From an uncultured Muribaculaceae bacterium (GTDB taxonomy: Bacteria > Bacillota_I > Bacilli_A > RF39 > UBA660): DNA of 25,120 nucleotides. This document shows, piece by piece, positions 1 through 6,288 of this stretch. The position numbers and the translations under genes were made by a program. Positions within the stretch are counted from its first letter, which is position 1. Each line of letters opens with the position of its first letter. The notes under the pieces are model-generated. The model was not told the origin of the DNA. It saw only the letters and a list, made by a program, of their open reading frames with translations, and did no database searches. The DNA lies in assembly GCA_964600095.1 (NCBI GenBank), contig CAZRIC010000002.1, forward strand, positions 1-25,120. The letters run 5' to 3'.

Positions 1-802
1 GCATTCCATCGTTGACAGATTTGGCGACTTGCTTTGTTCCTTTGATTGCATCCCCACATGCAAATATTTTAGGAATATTTGTCTCCATAGAATGATTTAC
101 ACTAATTTCACCATCCATTGTTAGAATACCAACCTTTTTTGCTAAAATATTACTATCAGGATAGCTATTTGCCACAAATATTCCATCTATCTCTAATTTA
201 CTTCCATCTTTAAATAGAATACCTTCTACTTTGTTTTCTCCAAGTATTTCTTGAATAGGAGTTTCAATTTTTTTTGTAGAATTATCAGTATTTACTATTT
301 TCCCATTTGTAACAAGAACTACTTCACTAACGATATTTTTTAAATATTCTGCTTCATGAAGTGCAAAATCTTCACTACCTATTACAGCAACTTTTTTTCC
401 TTTGAAGAAAAATCCGTCACAGGTTGCACAGTAGCTTACACCTTTTCCTTCTAACTTTTTTAAATTAGAAATATTAGGAGCTTTTTTTGAAGTACCAGTA
501 GCAAGTACAACACTATCTACGTTGTATGTATTTTTATTAGTTTCAATAGTGAAGCAATCTTGCCAAAGAATATTTAATACCTCTTCTTCATAAATAGGAA
601 CATTTAGTTTTTTTAAATCGGCTAATCCTTTATAGTATAATTCTTCTCCTTGTATTTTCCCAGTTCCATAATAGTTTTCAATTGCTTTTGCTTTAAAGAG
701 AGAACTTTTATGATTGGTAAATACAATAACTGGAATATTAGCACGTGCGATATATAAAGCGCAACTGGCTCCAGCAGGACCTGAACCAATAATTGCTATC
801 AT
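1..802 (-). CDS. trxB: Thioredoxin reductase-like FAD/NAD(P) oxidoreductase; 3' end runs out of the window
   Basis: Not in ORF track. Manual translation from ATG at 802: MIAIIGSGPAGASCALY (FAD GxGxxG), VLATG, GKGVSYCATCDG (CxxC), IFACGD. The ATG overlaps the trxA TGA (ATGA). Confidence 0.92.
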   Translation of the reverse strand, partial: MIAIIGSGPAGASCALYIARANIPVIVFTNHKSSLFKAKAIENYYGTGKIQGEELYYKGLADLKKLNVPIYEEEVLNILWQDCFTIETNKNTYNVDSVVLATGTSKKAPNISNLKKLEGKGVSYCATCDGFFFKGKKVAVIGSEDFALHEAEYLKNIVSEVVLVTNGKIVNTDNSTKKIETPIQEILGENKVEGILFKDGSKLEIDGIFVANSYPDSNILAKKVGILTMDGEISVNHSMETNIPKIFACGDAIKGTKQVAKSVNDGM

Positions 803-1107
803 AGAGAAATCATATCCATAATTTCGTCTTTAGAACACAATCCTACTTTTTTAGAAACTGGATTTCCGTCTTTAAAAACAATTAAGGTAGGAATACTCAT
901 GATACCAAATTTTTGAGCTACTTTTTCAGCATTGTCAACATTTACTTTTACAATTTTAACATTATTTCTTTCAGAACTAATCTCTTCTAAAACTGGCGCT
1001 AACATCTTACATGGTCCACACCAATCTGCATAAAAATCTACTAAAACAGGAATATCTGCTTTTACTTCGTTTTCAAATGTTGCATCTTCTGCATGAATAA
1101 TTTTCAT
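799..1107 (-). CDS. trxA: Thioredoxin
   Basis: VLVDFYADWCGPCKM active site, SIPTL cis-Pro motif, 102 aa, AAGGAG SD upstream. Confidence 0.97.
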   Translation of the reverse strand: MKIIHAEDATFENEVKADIPVLVDFYADWCGPCKMLAPVLEEISSERNNVKIVKVNVDNAEKVAQKFGIMSIPTLIVFKDGNPVSKKVGLCSKDEIMDMISL

Positions 1108-1129
1108 AAATTCATCTCCTTACTCTTTC

Positions 1130-1158
1130 ATTATACTGGTAAATTATTAGAAATGCAA
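1130..1158 (-). promoter_or_regulatory. sigmaA-type promoter for trxA-trxB
   Basis: TTGCAT (1158-1153), 17 nt, TATAAT (1135-1130). Confidence 0.65.
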
Positions 1159-1202
1159 TAAATAAAAATCCCGTTTTTTCATATACTAAAAATGGTGATT
1201 TT

Positions 1203-1733
1203 ATGGATTTACAACCATTTTATGTAAAGTATGAATATCCTATGACAGGAAATATTCAGATAGATAATGAACTTCAATTTAGCATAGATGATAAATTAAA
1301 CAAATTTTATAAGGAGGTAGAAATTATACCTCCTAGTGATATGGTATATAGCTTGGAAATTACGTATGATAAAAAAATATATAAAAATTATGTTACTTAT
1401 ATTATTTATAGTACATTTTATTTAGGAGGAGCTCATCCTAATACTACCATTCAAACATTTACATATCAAGATGATAAGAAAATAGAATTAGAAGATTTTA
1501 TGAATCTAGAAAAATTAATAGGTATATCAAAGTATGTAAAAGAGGAGTTGTTGAAACATCCTGGCAGTGTAAGAGATATGATAGAAGAGGGAACTATTCC
1601 AGATTATGATAATTATAAAAACTTTTACTATGATGAGGAAGGATTAATGTTTATTTTTGAACAATATCAAGTAGCTCCTTATAGTTCTGGTATTGTAGAA
1701 GTATTAGTACCTTATTCTATTGTAAATCATTAA
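1203..1733 (+). CDS. DUF3298/DUF4163 (RsiV/PdaC N-domain-like) protein, no visible membrane anchor
   Basis: YLGGAHPNT and FEQYQVAPYSSGIVEV motifs are characteristic of DUF3298/DUF4163 proteins; GGTGA SD upstream. Confidence 0.75.
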   Translation: MDLQPFYVKYEYPMTGNIQIDNELQFSIDDKLNKFYKEVEIIPPSDMVYSLEITYDKKIYKNYVTYIIYSTFYLGGAHPNTTIQTFTYQDDKKIELEDFMNLEKLIGISKYVKEELLKHPGSVRDMIEEGTIPDYDNYKNFYYDEEGLMFIFEQYQVAPYSSGIVEVLVPYSIVNH

Positions 1734-2859
1734 GAAGATTTTTTATAATTTCTACTTTATTCAATTTTTCCCATGGTAAATCTTTTCCATAATGTCCATA
1801 ACAAGTTGTTTTTTGATAAATAGGTTCGCATAAATTTAATTCTTGAATCATATTTTTAAGAGAAAAATCAAATACTTGCTTAATAATAGTAAGTATTTTT
1901 TCTTCGTCTATATGATTCGTTTGATGAGTATCAATAGAAATAGATACAGGATTTGAATATCCTATGGCATAGGCTACTTGTATTTCTATTTCGTCTGCAA
2001 GATTAGCGGCTACTATATTTTTAGCTACATATCTAGCATAGTATGCGCCACTTCTATCAACTTTCGTAGAATCTTTTCCAGAGAAAGCTCCGCCACCATG
2101 GCGACTATATCCACCATAAGTATCTACTATAATTTTTCTACCTGTTAGCCCACTATCAGCAGCAGGACCACCAAGGATAAAACGACCTGTTGAATTAATA
2201 TAAAATTTACTATTTTCATCTAATAATTTTTCTGGAATTACTTTCAAAATTACTTCTCTTTTTATATCATCCTTTAATTTTTTTAACATAATATTTGGAT
2301 CATGTTGTGCAGCAATTACGATATTATCTATACGATATGGTTTATTATCTAAATATTCTACTGTTACTTGTGTTTTACCATCTGGTCTAAGGTAAGGAAG
2401 AATTTTTTCTTTTCTAACAAGTTCTAATTGTTTTGCCAGTAGATGGGCATAATAGATTGGCATCGGTAAATAATTGTCTGTTTCTTTTGTGGCAAATCCA
2501 AATACCATTCCCTGATCTCCAGCACCAATATTTTTTTGATTTACCCCTATAGCAATATCAGGAGATTGCTTATGGATATGAATAGCAATAGGAATATTTT
2601 TCCCATTAAATTCTAATTCTTCTTTATCATACCCAATTTCTATTATTTTATTTCTAGCAATACTTTCTATATCAACTACACTAGTACTGCTAATTTCACC
2701 CATAATGAGTATTCCTTCTTTATGAGCACAAGTTTCACAAGCAACTTTCGCATTTTTATCTACTTTCAAATAAGCATCTAAGATAGCATCACTTATTTGA
2801 TCGCATAACTTGTCAGGGTGACCAGAGGTCACAGATTCTGATGTAAATAATTTTTTCAT
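1717..2859 (-). CDS. metK: S-adenosylmethionine synthetase
   Basis: FTSESVTSGHPDK, GAGDQG, LRPDGKTQVT, GGPAADSGLTGRKIIVDTYGG, GGGAFSGKD signatures. Confidence 0.98.
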   Translation of the reverse strand: MKKLFTSESVTSGHPDKLCDQISDAILDAYLKVDKNAKVACETCAHKEGILIMGEISSTSVVDIESIARNKIIEIGYDKEELEFNGKNIPIAIHIHKQSPDIAIGVNQKNIGAGDQGMVFGFATKETDNYLPMPIYYAHLLAKQLELVRKEKILPYLRPDGKTQVTVEYLDNKPYRIDNIVIAAQHDPNIMLKKLKDDIKREVILKVIPEKLLDENSKFYINSTGRFILGGPAADSGLTGRKIIVDTYGGYSRHGGGAFSGKDSTKVDRSGAYYARYVAKNIVAANLADEIEIQVAYAIGYSNPVSISIDTHQTNHIDEEKILTIIKQVFDFSLKNMIQELNLCEPIYQKTTCYGHYGKDLPWEKLNKVEIIKNLLNDLQ

Positions 2860-2886
2860 AATATTGCCTCCTTTATCCTTATCAAG

Positions 2887-2914
2887 AAAAAAAGTAGAGA
2901 ATACTCTCTACTTT
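2887..2914 (-). terminator. Riboswitch expression-platform terminator
   Basis: AAAGUAGAGA-GUAU-UCUCUACUUU 10-bp stem plus U-run, between the SAM aptamer and the metK start. Confidence 0.8.
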
Positions 2915-2924
2915 CAAGACTATT

Positions 2925-3016
2925 CCTCATCTTCCGACAACGTCGCAGGATTTAGCACCTAACTAAATAGGTTGCTGGACTTCATAGGGCCTGTCCCTCA
3001 GTCTCTCTTCATAAGG
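2925..3016 (-). promoter_or_regulatory. SAM-I (S-box) riboswitch aptamer
   Basis: Minus strand reads CCUUAUGAAGAGAGACUGAGGGACAGGCCCUAUGAAGUCCAGCAACC...AGGUGCUAAAUCCUGC...GGAAGAUGAGG, matching the SAM-I consensus (kink-turn, GCAACC, GGUGC, GAUGAG); lies directly upstream of metK. Confidence 0.93.
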
Positions 3017-3024
3017 TTTCTTAT

Positions 3025-3174
3025 TTACAAGTTCATTTTATCGGTTTTTTTCTTATTTGTCAATTTCTTATTTTTTAAAAATGGAAATAGATAAGCTAAA
3101 TATCCATTAATAATGATTCCTATTATAAATACAATGATAAAAAAAATGATAAAAATGTAGTCTATAGTATTCAT
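3025..3174 (-). CDS. Small single-pass membrane protein (49 aa)
   Basis: AAGGAG SD precedes ATG 3174 (MNTIDY), so the start is shortened from the track's 3219. One long hydrophobic stretch followed by a Lys-rich tail. Confidence 0.6.
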   Translation of the reverse strand: MNTIDYIFIIFFIIVFIIGIIINGYLAYLFPFLKNKKLTNKKKTDKMNL

Positions 3175-3348
3175 AAACTCCTTCTTTCTAAAATTTAATT
3201 TATCAAAAAAAGGTGACACTTAAGTGACTTTAATTACTAACGTAAAATAGGTGTTAATACATTATAATATAATTATATATAGTAATATAATAAAAAGATA
3301 ATCGAGTAAAAATGTAAAATTTACAGTGATTATTTTTCTTCGTAAAAG

Positions 3349-3379
3349 AAAAACTTATACACGACTATGTGTATAAGTT
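3349..3379 (-). terminator. Intrinsic terminator of the DHH gene
   Basis: AACTTATACAC-6 nt-GTGTATAAGTT inverted repeat overlapping the stop codon, followed by a U-run on the minus strand. Confidence 0.8.
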
Positions 3380-4322
3380 AATATGGTAAATGAATATTAT
3401 GTAGTTTCATTATTTCTCTAAATTTTTTATTATTTTGAGGATTACTAGCAGCATTTTTATGTCCTTTGCCACCAAAGTAAGTAGCAATGATACTTGCATC
3501 AATATCCTTTACGTTACGATAGGAGACTGTATCAATATCTGTCATAATCATGCCTACACTATCTATATTAAATTTGTTATCTTTAATAACGAATTCATTA
3601 ATATCATTTCGATATTTATAACTGCAGATTACATACCCAATCCTATAGTTATTATTTTGAATAGTAATATTTACTACTACCATATTACTAATAATAGTAT
3701 TTATTGCTTCTGCTAACTTTTTTTCAAAGTTATGAATTACTTTAAAATTATCTTCATCAAAAGTAACTTCATTTTTTTGAATAAAACCGTTAGCGATTCT
3801 TAAGTATTCTTCATATCCTAATTCTTCAAAAAGAATATGGAGATACCTAGCTTGCAGATTATTTTCTTTTTTCCAATCCCAAACATCATATTGTCTTGTC
3901 CATTCTACAAAAGTATCTAAGCACTTTGAACTTTCTAGATATTTATGGTTTAGTAGATAACTATAAAATAAACTTGTTCCAGATTCTTTTTTTCCATTTT
4001 CTTCTACAATAATAGATACGAAGTCGTAAGAATTATTTCCTTCTTCTATTTCTGACTTATGATGGTCAATTACTTGAATTTTCTTTTTTAAATTATTATC
4101 TTTATTAATTACAGTAAGTAATGGTTCTTTAATACATAAATCTGTAACAAATATAATATCAAAGTCATATATTTTTCCATTATCCATGTATTCCTTTACT
4201 TTTTCTGTTATTTCAAATGTTTTACAAGGGACTATTTCTAATTCTTGAAATGCTTGTTGCGCTAAAACGGCACATCCAATTCCATCAATATCTTGTTTGT
4301 GTGTAAATAGCAAAACTCTCAT
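3378..4322 (-). CDS. DHH/DHHA1 phosphoesterase (NrnB-like nano-RNase)
   Basis: H-x2-D-x-DG (HKQDIDG), TDL, DHH, and C-terminal SYR and GGKGHKNAAS (DHHA1) motifs. Confidence 0.88.
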   Translation of the reverse strand: MRVLLFTHKQDIDGIGCAVLAQQAFQELEIVPCKTFEITEKVKEYMDNGKIYDFDIIFVTDLCIKEPLLTVINKDNNLKKKIQVIDHHKSEIEEGNNSYDFVSIIVEENGKKESGTSLFYSYLLNHKYLESSKCLDTFVEWTRQYDVWDWKKENNLQARYLHILFEELGYEEYLRIANGFIQKNEVTFDEDNFKVIHNFEKKLAEAINTIISNMVVVNITIQNNNYRIGYVICSYKYRNDINEFVIKDNKFNIDSVGMIMTDIDTVSYRNVKDIDASIIATYFGGKGHKNAASNPQNNKKFREIMKLHNIHLPY

Positions 4323-4365
4323 ATTCCACCTCTTTTTTATTATAGCATAATTTCTATTTAGAAAT

Positions 4366-4402
4366 AAAAAAACTTATACACAATCTTGTGTATAAGTTTT
4401 TT
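4366..4402 (-). terminator. Intrinsic terminator of the GH25 gene
   Basis: 16-bp inverted repeat (4367-4382 / 4387-4402) with A/T runs on both sides, just after the stop. Confidence 0.82.
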
Positions 4403-4403
4403 C

Positions 4404-5216
4404 TTATTCACATTTTTTATAGAGTTCTTTTTCTTTTACGTAACCCTTTTCAATTTGATAAGGAGCTTTTGCATTTTCAATTACTCTTTCAATAATAACT
4501 TTTTCATCACAAACTCTTTCTTTTATGGTATCAGCATTACTTTCTTCGTAAATATTACCCGTTATATAAAGCTGATCTCCTTTTTTAAATTTTAGATTTT
4601 CATTTAAATGATTAAGGTTAGCTTCTCTAATTATTTTAGGATAATCTAGGAAGGCAATATCTCCATCTACTCTAGTACGAATACCTGCTAATTCTTCGTA
4701 TGCAGTGTGTTGCCACATTCCTGCTTTTCCTTGATATGTGAATTCTTCATTCCATTCTGCAACCCATTTATCAAATGAATCTAATTCTTTTGATTCTAAA
4801 TTGCTTTTAAAGCGGCTTAAACTAGAATAGATTCCAACATAGTATCCTTCTTTTTGTATTTCTTCACAATAATATTTTACAAGTTCAATGAGTTCTTTTT
4901 TTGGTAAAACCATTTGTCTTTTGCTTTCAACGTCTAAAAATATAGGATATTCTAATTTTTTCCCTTTTATTAAACGTAAAGTATGATCTACCTCACTCCT
5001 CATTTCATCTAGTGTAGTAGCATAACTAAATAGATAAACTCCGAATGGAATGTTTAGTTTTTTGCACATTTCAGCATTTCTTTCAAAGTAAACATCATCT
5101 TGACTGCGTAAGTTATTACCAAAACCACAACGAATAATAGCAAAATCGATATATGGTTTTACACGTGTCCAATCAATTCTTCCCTGATAGGAAGAAACAT
5201 CAATTCCTCTTTTCAT
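4404..5216 (-). CDS. GH25 muramidase (lysozyme-like) with a small C-terminal, possibly SH3-like, domain
   Basis: GIDVSSYQGRIDW, DVE catalytic motif, GIYSS, MWQHT, VDGD. Start moved to 5216 because GGAGGG SD precedes MKRGID. Confidence 0.9.
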   Translation of the reverse strand: MKRGIDVSSYQGRIDWTRVKPYIDFAIIRCGFGNNLRSQDDVYFERNAEMCKKLNIPFGVYLFSYATTLDEMRSEVDHTLRLIKGKKLEYPIFLDVESKRQMVLPKKELIELVKYYCEEIQKEGYYVGIYSSLSRFKSNLESKELDSFDKWVAEWNEEFTYQGKAGMWQHTAYEELAGIRTRVDGDIAFLDYPKIIREANLNHLNENLKFKKGDQLYITGNIYEESNADTIKERVCDEKVIIERVIENAKAPYQIEKGYVKEKELYKKCE

Positions 5217-5302
5217 ATTTCCCTCCATGTTATTTTATGCAATTGCAAAAATAGATGTTGGTATTTATCTATTTTTAACTCATTCTAAAAATATTATGTA
5301 TA

Positions 5303-5331
5303 TTGACAAACATAGTGCAAAATGATACTAT
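5303..5331 (+). promoter_or_regulatory. sigmaA promoter for the MoxR operon
   Basis: TTGACA, 17 nt, TACTAT with extended TG. Confidence 0.75.
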
Positions 5332-5355
5332 AAACTTCGCTAAAGGGGGATAACC

Positions 5356-6279
5356 ATGATTACAAAAAAAACTTTACATGGAGTAGTGATGGTATATAAT
5401 TTAGTACTTTCTAATTTAGATACTGTTTTGGTAGGACAGAAGAATGTAAAAAAGGTTATTGCTGGAGCCTTAATGTGTGATAATAGCAGTAAAATTTTAC
5501 TTACAGGAAATACTGGAATGGGTAAAACAGTCTTATCTAAATTTTTAGCTAGTGGATTTAAAAGTCAAAGAATATCTGTAACTTCTGATTTAATACCAAG
5601 TGATATACAGTCACAGTTAAAAGATCAATCTAATATGCAGTTATTACAAATAGATGAATTTAATAGAACTAGTGGAAAAGTTCAAGATGTCTTTATAGAG
5701 TTATTAGCTGAAAAACAATTAACCATAAATGGAGTTCCTCATTTATTTGGTGATTTTTATGTTCTAGCAACACAAAATAGTGCGGATATTGCTGGAATTT
5801 TTAATGTTCCACAAGCGGTTTATGATAGATTCGATGTTAATATTTATTTTGAAAATTTGAGTGATGCAGAAAAAAGATATCTTCTTTTTCATGATTTCGA
5901 ATCAGCAACCCAAAGTAGTATTGATAGAAATTTATTAGTTGCAACGAAACAAGCCGTTGATCGATTCACTATGAGTAGAGAAGATGAAGAAATTATGATG
6001 AGAATTTTTAAATTAGTAGATGCTATGCAATTGGATAATCAACCTTTGTTTGCAGGTTCTAATATTAGAGCTCATAAATATGCTTTACGATTAGTAAAAT
6101 TGTATGCTCTTGCGCAGGGAAGAGCCTTTATCATGCCTACTGATATTTTAGACTTTTTGAATTATGTTTATATGCATAGAATTGATCAAAATGTAGCGAG
6201 AATTGGTGATAAATCAGTAGTAGATGTTTTTGATAATACAAAAGATAAGATTTATTCGATTAGACGCAAACGTATTTAA
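5356..6279 (+). CDS. MoxR-family AAA+ ATPase (divergent)
   Basis: Walker A GNTGMGKT, Walker B LQIDEFNR, ATQN, PQAVYDRF arginine-finger region, lid-like IR...GRAFIMPTDI. Confidence 0.85.
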   Translation: MITKKTLHGVVMVYNLVLSNLDTVLVGQKNVKKVIAGALMCDNSSKILLTGNTGMGKTVLSKFLASGFKSQRISVTSDLIPSDIQSQLKDQSNMQLLQIDEFNRTSGKVQDVFIELLAEKQLTINGVPHLFGDFYVLATQNSADIAGIFNVPQAVYDRFDVNIYFENLSDAEKRYLLFHDFESATQSSIDRNLLVATKQAVDRFTMSREDEEIMMRIFKLVDAMQLDNQPLFAGSNIRAHKYALRLVKLYALAQGRAFIMPTDILDFLNYVYMHRIDQNVARIGDKSVVDVFDNTKDKIYSIRRKRI

Positions 6280-6288
6280 AGGTGCTTT

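Noticed and set aside
3435-3716. 93-aa plus-strand ORF
   Set aside because: Antisense shadow of the DHH gene; no SD or motif.
4386-4595. 69-aa Phe-rich plus-strand ORF
   Set aside because: Antisense to the GH25 gene; hydrophobicity reflects the reverse complement of A-rich codons.
3025-5216. Prophage lysis cassette (GH25 as endolysin, small TM peptide as holin)
   Set aside because: The genes are separated by the DHH gene and two terminators; no integrase, structural or replication genes nearby.
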